A stretch of 64,000 nt of DNA from the NCBI RefSeq assembly GCF_009914755.1, contig NC_060928.1; one strand, 5' to 3'. Under the pieces are notes generated by a model, which worked only from the letters and a program-made list of their open reading frames with translations, searched no databases and had not been told where the DNA came from. The stretch comes from the human T2T-CHM13v2.0 reference genome, Homo sapiens. Positions 16,227-30,762 of the stretch are shown here, piece by piece. Positions within the stretch are counted from its first letter, which is position 1, and each line of letters begins with the position of its first letter. Position numbers and translations under genes: made by a program.

Positions 16227-16823
16227 TTTAGGCAGCTGGGATTCCCAAGACTGGGATTCCAAGACATTAGCTTTTTAGAAAAATATTTTCCAGAAGTGTT
16301 TTCTTTCTTTTTTTTTCAAGACATCATCAGACAAACTGGTGAATATTAAGACTGCCCACATAGCGTTAGTCATTTGAAGGAGAGATGAACAAACTGAATC
16401 AATCCAGGCCATCATTAGCATGTTTTGTCTGCCTGGCAAATCCAAAGAGCTGTGCATTTGAACATATGAATGTTACCAAAATATCTGGAGAACCAACTGA
16501 ATTTTTACAGTTTTGACAAGAATATGTTCTTCCACTTGACACAGACTTACATTGTCAGGTTTATCCAGCCCTTCTTTAATTGATTTAATAATCTGTCATT
16601 ACTTCATACTTCTCGGTAGTTTAAAGATTGTACATTTTTCCTAATTTATAATTCCCTTAGATAGACTGTTGATTTAAGTAGAGTTATTTTAACTAGCTTG
16701 ATGATATCTATAGTCAGGATAGTCATATCAGACATGTGTTAGTATGTAAACTAGGAAAAAATCTAATTGATGCAATCAAGAAATATTCAGATCAAATCCT
16801 ATGTGTACCTAATATGTGCACCC

Positions 16824-16970
16824 AGCTCCCCTTATTTCTTTAGCACACCTTTTGGGAACAAAATGAGCCATTCCTTTAGTCCCACCCCTTTCACCTGTTC
16901 TTCCACCTATATCTGATCACTGTTTGCATCCCCCAGCTGGGAAGGCAGGACTATCTGCCTGGAAATGTAA
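16824..16970 (-). repeat. Right arm of a long inverted repeat
   Basis: Reverse complement of 14835-14977 plus the post-Alu 'gggagct'. Confidence 0.97.
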
Positions 16971-17644
16971 AGGAAATGATGTTACATAAGAGAACTATAG
17001 AATAACTAACTTCCTTCTTCCAATCATGCCTTACATGGGATGATCATTCTGTCCTTATGCAGTTCGATACTCTAAGGAAAATTTTTATACTTTTGTGCCG
17101 ATCATGGAAATATTTATAATCAAAAGTATCAGTATACCTCTTTCCAACTAGCCATGTGCTCTATATTGTGCTTTCGAGTCTTATTGCAGAAACATGTCTA
17201 AATACTTTACTAAATAAGTACTTTGAAAATATATAAAACAACAGAGAATTATTCCTGACCAATATGTCAGGTCATGTGATATGTTTAGGTTGAGTGTTTA
17301 AACCTGAGTTATAATCCAGAACAGATGAAATGGTCCAGCTTAAACTTTCAGGTGTTTCACTCTTTTGGGAGGAACGTGAGTAGTGGCTGGCTTCTGGCCC
17401 ACACCACAGACCTGGTGAACATATTGGGCAAACGAGACAATCATTAATCAAGAAGTTCACGTGCCTGAGTCTCAGGGTTGGAGAATTTTCATTTCCCCTT
17501 TGAGAAGTCCTCCACCATATGCTATTTGGAAAAGCATGTCTCCTCCGGATGCACACCCTTCATATTTAAAGGTAGCACCATCATTTTCTAGGTGGAAGGC
17601 CAGTCTATGTTAGTTACTAGTATTATGTTCTAGTCACAATGTAA

Positions 17645-17748
17645 CTGATGTTCTAGTTTAACTGGGACAGAGTGATTTCCTGGGATAAACAATTTCAGTG
17701 TCCAAACTAGGACATCTCCAGGCCAACAAGGATACATTGGTCACCCTA
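17645..17748. mobile_element. MER94-like hAT-Blackjack MITE
   Basis: 'actgggaca...ttcctggga...aggatacattggtcaccct' terminus. Confidence 0.6.
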
Positions 17749-18416
17749 AGTCTGGAATAGGTTCACTTCCTAAAGTCATTTGGTAATTTGCCATTTGTTT
17801 CATAGATTAAAAATCCTCTTTTTGTTGTTGTTTTTCCTTGTAATATCAAGTTCTGTCAGGTGCTTACTCTCTGAATTTTTAAAGTTTAATTTTTAATTAG
17901 TAAAATCATAGTCACAAATACCAGATGAAGAAATTTCAATTAGAATAAGTTTTCCTTTTTAGGAAAAAAAATAATTTTATTCAGAAGAAATCTTCTTTGG
18001 ATATCATTGCTTGGGTCTCTGTCATTTGTGCTCTCTATCTAAGGATAAAAATTTCCTTATCTTTTTTTCCCGGAAAAATTAAAGATCCCTTTTCCATCTA
18101 CACATAAAGCCTTCTAAGCCTTGATTCTGGATTCCTTGAACAAAATAGGGAAGTAAATCAGAAGCTTCAGTACGAGCTGCCCACCTAAGCCATGGACACC
18201 TTGACTTTATTACCCCTTGTTTGGAATTAATGTGGGCATCTGTACCCATCCTTTGGTTCTTACCAAGTTGGCCATTTCCATGATATGCCATCTTCATAAT
18301 ATACAATTTCCTACAGCAGAGAGCATCGCTAATACAAAAAAAGGGGTATGGATGGAAGTCACTGACACATGCCTATAATTGTGAAGTCTAATTAACCTGC
18401 CTTCAATTTCTTAGTG

Positions 18417-18505
18417 ATTTTTAATATTAAAGCTATCCCCATATATTGGGGATATTTTTAAATGTATTTTAAGATTTTTAATATTAAAACTATCCCCATA
18501 TATTG
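18417..18505. repeat. ~32-bp direct duplication
   Basis: gatttttaatattaaa(g/a)ctatccccatatattg occurs twice. Confidence 0.9.
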
Positions 18506-19331
18506 ATTACAGTGTTAAAAAAAGAAATTTATTGTTTTCAAACTAGTTTTTCCCACCTCTTACTTACAAGCCATCTTAAATATTGGAAAGAAATTAAACA
18601 ATTGATTGTCCTATAAAAGATATTGTGATTATTTGGCATAAATATAACATTTGTCCCAATACATGTAGGACAAATCAGAAATGGAGATATCATCCAAGTT
18701 AAATGACCTCAGATATTATTTTCATTACTCTAAATTTATGATATTTGGGTACAGTAATTAAATGCTTATTTCCAGTGTATACCTTACTGGCCAGCTCTCT
18801 GCTTATTGGGTTGTCTCCCAGGCCATTCCATCACAGACCAAATATCAAGAATATCAAGTCTTCTTTGTTATCTTAATCACTTGTTCTTTCAAGTTTGGAT
18901 AAGGTATATCAGGATCAAAATTCCATTTTGCCTCTTTTGGTTTTTCAAAGATTGTCAGAATTCCGAAAGTGACCATGTTTTAAAATTATACTTCATCTAT
19001 GTATTGTATCTTTATTGAATGTAAAAAAAAATTCCTGAAACAGAAATTTTTTACCATGTCATTATTGACATTAGACATCATTGTCATCATCAACATTATT
19101 AAATACATTTTCTAGAACAGGTTTTGGGGGAATCAGTATGGTCAAAGTGGTGAAAAAGGGGAATAAAATGAGGTAGAACTCATAAAGGATTTATTTTATT
19201 TAAGAAGGTCTGCATAAACATAAAACAGGAAATAAGCATGCAAATGAGTCTACATCCACCGTCAAATGAGGTGCTAGTGAGTAGTAATGTGAATCCAGAG
19301 GAGGAACATTCACTGAACAACACAATGCTTA

Positions 19332-19916
<585 letters not shown>

Positions 19917-20177
19917 TCATGTGTAGATCAGAGGGAAGTAAAGGCATAAGAAGATAATCATCTGGATCAGCATTTAAGATGTATATTTTGCTAAGATGTT
20001 GATACAGGGAAATTTTAAAATTTATGAATTTCAGTTATATTAGTATGGGCTAAATTGCCAGGAGAATTTTACCTATCTGATAGCAATGGAAAAAAAAAGC
20101 TTGATAATCATAAAACACAAAATATCACAGAAATAAGTCAAATATATCTACAAATGCAGCAAATATAAATTACATTC

Positions 20178-20440
20178 ATTTTTAAAAACAGCTTTATTGA
20201 GGCATAATTTAGATAAATTTACATAACATTCACCCATGTTAAGTTTGCTGTTCGTGTGTTGTAGTGCACTTATGTAGCCATCAATAACAATTCATTTTAG
20301 CCTCCTTTCATCACTCTAAAAATGCCTCGTGTCCATTTATAGCTAATTCCTATCCACTGCCCCAGAAACCAATTATCTGCTTTCTGTCTTTATAGTTTTG
20401 CTTTTTTTCTAGAAAATTCAAATACATGAAATCAAATAAA
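20178..20440 (-). mobile_element. Old L1M 3' end
   Basis: 'cagctttattgaggcataat...ttcaccc...ctgctttctgtctttatagttttgc'. Confidence 0.7.
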
Positions 20441-20895
20441 ATGAATTTCAGGACGAATTGGGAGCATGCATTTCTCACTCCTCTACATGTTGGCTCTACT
20501 CCATGAATATTTATTCTGAGACCCAAGATGGTGCCACAGCAACTTCTGTGATTGTAGAAGCATAAGAAAATAAAACCCATCATGCATGCGTACTGGGTTT
20601 TGTCTTTTTTCCCCAAGAAATCTGGATACTTATTAAGTGTTACATCTGAATTTAACTTCTAGATATTCTAGTAGTTTGAATGTGTCAAAGATTAATTTTG
20701 AGTGATCTCTAAAATTCATATTATATACAGGAAGTAAAAATTACAGGCATGCCTTGTAATACAGCCATTGTATAGCTGTGTCTACTGGACACTAGAATGT
20801 CTCAAAGAAATTAAAATATTTAGAAGTATGTTTGGCATTGCATATAATTTATTTTTGTACTAGATGGAAGTGGTATTTTTGCGACAATTTAATTA

Positions 20896-21232
20896 TAGTC
20901 ATGTGTCGCCTAATGACTGGGATATGTTCTGAGAAAATGCATCTTGAGGCAATTTTGTCATTGTGTGAATATCATAGAATGTGCTTACACAAACCTAGAT
21001 TGTACAGCCTGCTACAAACCTGGGCTATATACTATGGCCTATTGCTCCTAGGCTACAAACCCGTACAGCATGTGACTCAACTGAATACTGTAGGCAATTG
21101 TAACGCAATGGTAAATATCTGTGCATCTAAACATAACTAAACTTAAGGAGGTACAATAGAAATACTGTACCTTATAGGACAACCGTCATACATGTGGCCT
21201 GTCATTGACTAAAGTGTTATTTCCCAAGACTG
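20896..21232. mobile_element. Tigger3a/MER7A-like DNA transposon
   Basis: 'agtcatgtgtcgc...ttctgagaaa...cacaaacctagat...ggctacaaacc...gactg' followed by TA. Confidence 0.85.
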
Positions 21233-22543
21233 TAATTATAAAAATTTATGCACTAACTATTTTCCAAAATTTGTAAAGAATGTAGCAGAGAAAACTGGTT
21301 CAGTCAATCCTTGATAAAATAAGAAATTAATAAACTTTTGTTGTGAGCTTCCAGAGACTTTTACAGATATTTAAGACACATTTAAAATTGTCCTTCCGAA
21401 ATACCCCTGTGGTATAGGGGTATATGCGTTTTCTTATTCCCACTCCAGCAATACAGACCCTTTACAACTTTTAGAGAAAACAAAAAGGCTAGTTTGGTAA
21501 AGAATGGTAATTTGCTTTTTCACTTTTTAATTTATTGATTGAGGTTGGAGTCAGACTCTTCGCTTTTTATTTCTGCATATTATCTGTTTGTATTATTTGT
21601 CTAATGCTTATGTTGGAATGTAAGACTTTTTTATCACTACAATTTTTGTAGAGATTATGTTGTAACCCAGTTAGTATATTTGCTGCAAATATTTTCCCAG
21701 AATATCATTTGCCTTTAATTTCGTGGTTATTACTTACAGAATATTTAATTATGTTTTCAAAGTTATTGATTTTTTTTCTAGTGATTTGTTTCTATTGCTT
21801 TTCTGCTTAGAGAGAGATGTGGACTTATAACTTAATCAAATCTTCACTACTGAAGAAATGAAAGGAGTAATTTTTAAGCAATCTGTCGTACTTTTTCACT
21901 TGCATTTTCACCCCCATGGCACTCATCTAAGGCTGCATCTTCTTCAGTACTCATCAGTTTTTTAAGGGTTGTCAAAATAGGCAAGAACTCAGAATGATTT
22001 ACTAAATACCAATGTGACTGTGTCATCTTTCATGACATCAATGCCAATTTCCTATGTTTCTTTGGGAATATATGCACTAGGGAATATTTAATTAATTATA
22101 ATTATTTTCTTTAAAAGATAAATGCTGAAGCTTTACATTAAAAAAACTACTATTCTGATCATTTTAACTAAATAAACCAGTTTAGTTATTTTTTTCCTCT
22201 CTGTCTCCTTTGGAAGTAGCAATCACACAATCTTTACCCATCTCCCTTGTCAAGCGTATTTAACAGCATTCTCAAAAGCAGATGGAAGCAAATACTTTAT
22301 GTGAAATCAAAATTTGAAAAATTTCCTCAACTGAGACATTCAGGTTAGTCATTGCAAAGTCTAAATACATGCAAGCCAGTCTGCATCCCAGTCTTCTACT
22401 TTAAAGCTGGGGCCATTTCACCTCTCCCTGTAGATTTCGTTTCATTGAACGGTTTTGATTGTAATCTTGTTTTAGGTAGGAAGAAGTAACAGAAACAATA
22501 TGAAATTGATAATAACAAGAATAAAACAAACAAATCATATGTA

Positions 22544-22835
22544 TTTTTTTGAGACAGAGTTTTGCTCTTGTTGCCCAGGCTGGAGTGCAGTGGCACGATC
22601 TCGGCTCACTGCAACCTCCGCCTCCTGGGTTCAAGCGATTCTCTTGTCTCAGCTTCCTGAGTAGCTGAGATTACAGGCACCCACCACCATGCCTGGCTAA
22701 TTTTTTTGTATTTTTAGTAGAGATGGGGTTTCACCATGTTGGCCAGGCTGGTCTCGAACTCCTAACCTCAGGTGGTCCACCCACCTCGGCCTCCCAACGT
22801 GCTGGGATTATAGGCGTGAGCCACAGTTCCTGGCC
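22544..22835 (-). mobile_element. AluS (Sq/Sx-like)
   Basis: Full antisense dimer; TSD acaaatcata at 22530-22539 and 22836-22845. Confidence 0.95.
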
Positions 22836-22889
22836 ACAAATCATAATTTTTATTAACATTTATACCATCTAAAATGACTTTCTTATCTG

Positions 22890-23060
22890 TAAGTTACTTC
22901 ACTGGACACATGGCCCAGATTTCATCCTTATAACCTGGCAATAACATAGATAGTATCGTACTCCATTACAAGTGAAGAATCAGAAGTAAATAACTTGCAA
23001 AAGGTCACACAGTAACACGTTAAGCCCAAATCTTCTGACAGCTAGGCCCATCCCTGAAAC
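22890..23060 (-). mobile_element. MIR fragment
   Basis: 'aagtaaataacttgcaaaaggtcacacag'. Confidence 0.65.
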
Positions 23061-23537
23061 CAGTAGACAACATTATCCTTACTGCCATTGCTCTTGGTAC
23101 TGCCTTCCCTAGTAATAAAGTTAATGTCACATACCCGACTCCATGAATCCCTCGCTCATACCAGTGCTCATCTAGGATGATGTCTTCCTCCCTGTATTTC
23201 TGTCCTGGCTAATATCTAGATTTCTTGAAGCGTATCTGGGATTTCTTTTGTAACTGAGTCCTCAATATTCACAACCAAGACCCATGTTGCTACTTTTCTA
23301 GTCAAAAACTTAGCCTCTGTTGACAGACAGCTCTTTGAATAATAATATTTCCATACCTGATTTTTAAAATGAATACATAAAAATTTAAATTGTATTTTAC
23401 TTTCTATCAATTTTCTTTTCTTCAGCTAATCAAAAACTATTCTATATATTCTTCTCTAACAGTAGAGGGAATAATTAAAAATATATTTTAAAATATTAAC
23501 TTTGTTAGTTTTTTCTTGTCTTTGTTTTCTTCTATCA

Positions 23538-23604
23538 TTTTCTTTCCTTCCCTCCTTCCTTCCTTCCCTCCTCCCTTCCCTCCCTTCCCTCCTTCCTTTT
23601 TTTT
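23538..23604. repeat. (CCTT)/(CCCTT)n polypyrimidine tract
   Basis: About 65 nt of C/T only. Confidence 0.9.
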
Positions 23605-25579
23605 GATTTTTAGGAAATGGAAATATCTCTTAATAAACTGGTATAAATATTGGATAGCTCACTAAAATCTTATTTGGAATAAGGATCGATTAAAATAATT
23701 ATTTGCACATGACTGAACATGTATTCTAGGTTCCTTTAAGCACAGCAGAAGTCTCCAACAATTTTGAGAGAATATCACTTATATAGAGAATATGAAATAA
23801 AGTGAAAGACAATTTTCTGCCAATGCAAAGGATGTAATTCCCACTAATGCCCTTCAGTAAGGCATAAAAAGGTGATTGACCAAGCAAAACAATCGGCCAG
23901 CTTCCTTATCTAGCTGTGCTTCCTATTTTAGCTTCATATTTCTGTATGGATAAATGTCTATTAAGAACTTAGGTACATTTATAAAAATGTTGTCTATGAA
24001 ATCCCAAATTAATTCTTTCCTGTTGTCACCTTTTTACTGTCCTCAGGAATCTTGTCATAAAATATAAATTAATTTTGTTTAGATGTAATACACTTTTGCC
24101 TCTCTTTTTTAACTTGTTGAAAATGTACAGTTATTATAATTGATCTTGCCTAATTGAATCCCCCATTGAGTGTAGACTTTGTTAATCTAATTTAGATTAT
24201 AAACCCAGTTAGTCTTCAGGGATTTTATAGACCTCATTACATTCTTCCACTCATTTTACTTCTCTTCCATTTCTTCTCTAGAGACACTACTCAATCAATG
24301 CTACAAAAAAAAATTAAAAAATAACATTGGGTATTTGGTCCACCTGGTTTTTCACACATTCTCCTCTGCTTGCAGTTTTCTGTAAATAAGTTTCTATCTT
24401 GCTTGGGGTATTACATATTTCTTCTCATTTTAACCTTATCCCATCCCTTTCAGTATCTTGAATGGTGTCTTAGCACTTACTACCACTTACAAATTCATTT
24501 AGGAGGTGATTTACCTTTACTCTGATTAAATACTGAAGATCCATGATAATTACCTCTGAACATTACTTTTTAACCTCTTCATCTTTGTACTTAAATAGGA
24601 AATAGTAATTGTAAGAATCTTCTCTTGTAATTGAAATAGTGCCACTTACTGCAATTATTCAGATGATTTTCGTATTTACTCAATGTCTAATAACTAATAC
24701 ATGTCAACATTTAACATTCTATTTTAAAGGTGAGCTTGAATGAGGACATTGTATCAATAATTTATTTGTCTCCCCTTATCGAATTTTCTTTGTTGGCCCT
24801 CATGTACATAGAAGCATGGGACATAAAACCTGCTTTGATGAAGTTCATAATCAAGTAGAGGGGGCAAAACAGTTACACAAATAATACTTTAATAGAGGAA
24901 AAAATTGATAGGGACTATAAGACAGATGCTGGAGTTAAGGAATAATACATATCCTTCCTTTATCTGGCATTCTTTTAGTCCTTGTTTTTGGCTCTGATTC
25001 TAGCTTTGGAAGATCAAGAGTCCTGTGTGATCCTAGTTGCAATGCGCCTGGCTGGCCATCCTCATCATTATCTCATTCTGGCCTTTAGCCAGACTATTTG
25101 CATGTCCTTATCCCACAAACAAGTCAACTCATTCCTTGTGCAGGCATTGCTAACCATATGCTCGTACACCAGTATAAAGTACAGAACTCATCTCTGGAAG
25201 TCTTGCTAGAGTAATTTAGGCAAAGGCATTTATTGTTAAATCAAGAGTTTACCATCTTGAGAAAGACAATGACAAGTGACCCTGTAGAATAATGAGCTAT
25301 TGCTTATTCAGTGCCAGCACTGTCTTCTCCTTGAATCCCCTATCAGTATCATGCTGACTTTGGAAATTTAGACAACAGGAGGTAGGGTTTATGAGGCAGG
25401 CCAGCTGGTTTTGAAGAGCCAGATGCTCTCAAATACTTCCATGCCTCTTGAAGCATTGCTGATCATGCCGCTGCTCAGGAGGACTGCCAGCCACATGTGG
25501 GTTATGAATAAAGTAGAGCTCAGTGGGATTTGTTCTGAAGGAGTTCAATTTTAAATATAATAGTAAGATTACAATAAAA

Positions 25580-25835
25580 ACAATAGTATCAGCAATAAGT
25601 GGAATTACTTATAGAGCCTTACTGTGTCTGACAATGCATTGAGTTCTATCTTACATCAGTCTCACCACAACCAAAGAAGCAGAGACAATGGCTGATCCTA
25701 TTTTACAGCTAAGAAACTGAGAGGCTCAGTGAAGTTAAGTGATTTTTCCCAAATTGTGCAGTGAGGAAGTGACAGAGCACTAAAATGGAAATCCCGGCAA
25801 GGCTAACTCTAGAACCAGAGATCTAAACACCTGTG
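25580..25835 (-). mobile_element. MIR
   Basis: 'ttttacagctaagaaactgagaggctcagtgaagttaagtga'. Confidence 0.8.
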
Positions 25836-26164
25836 TCTTAATGCACAGAATAGCAGACATGTTGTGAGATCCCTCCAGCCATTGCAGCCAAGCTTTAAAA
25901 TATGTAAATAAATGTTGTTTCAAACATTTTGAAACCATGTCAAAGTGTTTTACTTTCAAGATTAATTGGTGAATGAATCCTTTGAGAATGCTGTTGATGA
26001 TAAGACCATACTATTTTGAAATAAAATCACAATGCCAATAATTTGTTTTAACTTAGAAGTGAGATTCCAGTCCATTATATTTCAGCTTATTGTCATTGAT
26101 CTACTCTATAAGAGTAATATTTTTTAATTTATTAAATAATCAATTGAAATGCTTTTACTTACAA

Positions 26165-26575
26165 TACTTCTCATCCCAAATGTGTGGATTTTTTTTTTTT
26201 CTCACACCAAGGAGTTCTCCAACTCTCTGGACAACAACCGAGTGTTCCACAATTTAACTTAATTCTGACACCAACTACCCAGAGTTAATGCAGACCCCAC
26301 AGGTTAAGGGCTCAGTCCCACAAGACTGCCCACATGTTAGACACCATTGGCAAATCAGGGCTAATGTATTCCTGAGTGATCGGCTACAACGTTGAGGGTA
26401 CCCATGACCCTTTACTTCAGGTTCAATAATTTACTAGAATCGCTTATAAAACTCAAGAAAGTACTTAACTTACTATTACTGGGTTATTCTTATAAAGGAT
26501 ACCACTCAAAAACGGCCAAATGGAAGAGACGCATCAGGCAAAGCACGGATGAAGTGGGTGCATGGAGCTAACATC
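26165..26575 (-). mobile_element. ERV LTR fragment (MER21-like)
   Basis: 'aattctgacaccaactacccagagtta...gaccccacaggttaagggctcagtcccacaagactgccc'. Confidence 0.7.
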
Positions 26576-26581
26576 ACAATG

Positions 26582-26990
26582 CAGGTGCTTCTCCACTTAC
26601 GATGGGGTTTTATCTGATGAGCACATTGTATATTAAAAATATTGTAAGTCGAAAATGCATTTAATACCCTTCACCAACCAAACATCATGGTATTTCCCAG
26701 CTTACCTTAAACATGCCCAGAACACTTAAATAGACCTACATGTGGACAAAATCATGGGCAACACAGGACACCATAGAATATTGGTTATTTTCTCATGATT
26801 GTGTGACTGACTGGGAGCTGTGGTTGCTGCCGCTGCCCAGCTTGGCGAGTGTATTGCACTGCGTATGGCCAGCCCGGGAAAAGATCAACATTAGAAATTT
26901 GAAATTCTGCTTCTATTGAATGCATATTGCTTTGCACCATAGTAAAGTCAAAAAATTGTAAGTTGGACCATACTAAGTTGAGACCATCTG
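26582..26990. mobile_element. MER47B-like Tigger MITE
   Basis: Starts 'caggtgct..acttacgatgggg', internal 'gactgggagctg..gctgccgctgcccagc', ends 'gaccatctg' + TA. Confidence 0.85.
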
Positions 26991-27046
26991 TATCGCATAA
27001 ACTCATAACTTGACAGATTTTTTAATTCAAGTAGTCACTACGTTTA

Positions 27047-27342
27047 GCTAGGCATGGTGTCTCACACCTGTAATCCTAGCAGTTTGGTAGGCACAGGTGG
27101 CCAGATCTCTTGAGCCCAGGAGTTCAAGACCAGCCTGGGCAAACATGGCAAGACCCTGTCTCTACTAAAGCACAAAAATTATCCGGGCATGGTGGCACAC
27201 ACCTGTAGTCCCAGCCACTCAGGAGGCTGAGGTGGGAGGATTAAGTGAGCCTGGGGAGGTCAAGAATACAATGAGCTGAAACCCCAGCACTTCACTGCAG
27301 CCTGGGTGACAGAGTGAGACCCTGTCTCAAAGAAAAAAAAAA
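27047..27342 (+). mobile_element. AluJ
   Basis: Diverged dimer with J features (gagcccaggagttc, ggtgggaggat). Confidence 0.9.
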
Positions 27343-27598
27343 TTAGTTATGATTTTCCTATTCAAACAGTTATCATTTGAAACTGTTTAGGAATTCAAAG
27401 TTAGAGTCAGTAATTAAGCTAGTAAAAACATATTACTACCTAGGCAACATAACAGTTTATTTATTGAAGCATAAGACCAGGAAAAAAGCAATTCTATTTT
27501 TCTTTATAATATTGACTTTTGTTAAACATGTAATTATTGAATGCCTATGATAGATTGGGCACTGTGCTGGGTACTGAGGATGCAAAGATGAGTATGTT

Positions 27599-27967
<369 letters not shown>

Positions 27968-28249
27968 CTAAGCACTGCCTGCCATGGGGATGTGTGGCCC
28001 CTGATATCACTCTGCAGAAAGAATAAAGGCAATGGAATAGGAAAAAGTTAGAGAAAGCTTCTAGAGCAGATATATTGCAAAAAAAAAAAAAAAAATGAGT
28101 AGGAGCTGGTGAAGAAATTGGGTGACTAAATTCCAGGCATCAACAAAGATAGTATGTGGGGTATACATTGTACTTTCCCAAAGCTACAGAATGGCTAGAG
28201 AAGAGGTTCCGAGTTTCAGAGAGGAGAGGAAATTGGTTAAAACTGAACA

Positions 28250-28745
28250 GAGAAAGGTAGGCTAGAGCAGATTGCATTTGATGTTGTATATCATGTTAAG
28301 CAGTTTTAATTTTACCCCATGAAAACTGAACGCCACTGAAGATTTTCAACAAGGTGGGACATGATCAGATTTTTAATTTGGGAAGATGATGCCTGGTGAT
28401 AGACAGCCTCAGCCTGGAGAAGAGTTGGAGGGAAGACAGAATGGAGATGTGGATACCAGCTATGAGGCTGCTTGAGTAATACAGGGGAAGATGATGGGGG
28501 TCAGAGCATAGCTCAGACAGTGGCAGTGGAGCAAGAGTGATATATTTATAGCTATTGAAAAGGTAAACTGATGACTTGGCAGCTAACTGGATTGGGAGAG
28601 TGAGGTGGTAGGAACCCATCTCAGAAGACTCCCAAGTCTCTGGCAGGGCCAAGTCTTTCAAAGTTGGCACTATTCTTAGAGACTGGCATAGAGGGAGAGG
28701 AATAAGGTGGTGAGTAAAGTGATTGATTTAACTGTAGAAATGTTA
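28250..28745 (+). mobile_element. L2 fragment
   Basis: 'ccactgaagatttt...gacatgatcagatttt', 'gactcccaagtctctggc'. Confidence 0.65.
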
Positions 28746-28949
28746 GAAAAAAAAAAAAAACAGCTTCCAGTGGGAAATTCAAGTGAAGCTGACTAGTGAA
28801 TTGTCTAGTGACTAGACAATTTTTAGTTGAAAAGTCAAAGACTTAAAAACTTCTAAATTCAAATGGATACAGGAATAGATGATACTATTAAATTACTAAT
28901 TAACTTAATTAGAAATATCCATGTGATTAAGAACATTTTTAATTTTTAT

Positions 28950-29088
28950 TTTTAAAAAATTTTTATAGAGAGACTGGGTCTCCCGATGCTGCCCAGGCTG
29001 TTTTCAAACAGCCTTCTGTTTGAAAACATTGCTCCTGGCCTCAAGCAATCTTCCTGCCTTGGCCTACCAAAGTGCCAGGATTACAGGA
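28950..29088 (-). mobile_element. Alu monomer (FLAM-like) with an internal insertion
   Basis: Single antisense left-arm-type monomer with ~22 extra nt after 'caggctgttttcaaac'. Confidence 0.85.
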
Positions 29089-29145
29089 GGACCATTTTTT
29101 GTTACATCCTGATTATTTAACAATATTAAAAAAAAATGAGAGAAG

Positions 29146-29429
29146 GTCAAGTGGAGTGGCTCATGTCTGTCATTCCAGCTCTTTGGGAGGCCATGGTTGG
29201 AGGATCGCTTAAGCCCAGGAGTTTGAGACCAGCCGGGGGAATATCAAGAGTTCCTACCTCTACAAAAAATTAAAAAACTAGCTGGGTGTGGTGGCATGTG
29301 CCTGTAGTACCAGCTACTTGGGAAGCTGAAGTCGGAGGATTGTTGAGCCTGAATGGTTGAGGCTGCAGTGAGCTATGATTGTGCCACTGCACTTCAGCCT
29401 GGGACACAGAGCAAGACCCTATCCCAAAA
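29146..29429 (+). mobile_element. AluJ
   Basis: Diverged dimer; tail replaced by a G run and (GA)n. Confidence 0.9.
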
Positions 29430-29469
29430 GAGGGGGGGGGGGGGAGAGAGAGAGAGAGAGAGAGAAAAG
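29426..29469. repeat. G-run plus (GA)n polypurine tract
   Basis: About 13 G followed by about 10 AG units. Confidence 0.9.
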
Positions 29470-29894
29470 TTGGAGGAATTTAACATTAAATAATATATAA
29501 AGTTGTGTCATAAACATGTGCTTAATTCATGGGATTAGAAATGCAGGGTAATTTCCTGGCTCTCAGTTCATTCAAGTATTTACCAACTGGTTAGGCTCCC
29601 TGTAGGGTGTCATTTTTGTCTTCTTATTGTTTGCCAAATCCAATTGCTATTCTGCCAATGAAACATACATTTTCTTTTATAAATTATACAGAAAACCAAG
29701 TTTACATTAAAATTTTAAGAAAAAAATGACATAAACTTAACCACGCCATTCATGATCTCTCTTGCAACAAATATTTACCAAGTATGGAAATGTGACATAC
29801 CAGTAGAGAATCCAGGTTCTAACTTAGAGGCTGCTGGGGATCAAACTCTAGCTCCAAACATAAGATCTCTGTGACTTTGGACAACTTACTTAAA

Positions 29895-30210
<316 letters not shown>

Positions 30211-30214
30211 TTAA

Positions 30215-30370
30215 ATTATTCCTTATTCAGTTAACGCATCTGTAAGATGAAATTAGTAACACCTATCATGAAGGGTAAATGTGTTCGTTGGTAAATGTGT
30301 GTGAAGTCATTAGGACAGTATCTAGCACATAGTAATCACTAAATAAATATCATTACCATTATTACTGTCA
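30215..30370 (+). mobile_element. MIR fragment
   Basis: 'catctgtaagatg...acagtatctagcacatagtaa...aataaatat'; probably split by the Alu from 29830-29890. Confidence 0.7.
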
Positions 30371-30416
30371 TTATACTAAATCTTGTTTTAGGAGATTTGA
30401 AGATAAAGACTAATGA

Positions 30417-30762
<346 letters not shown>

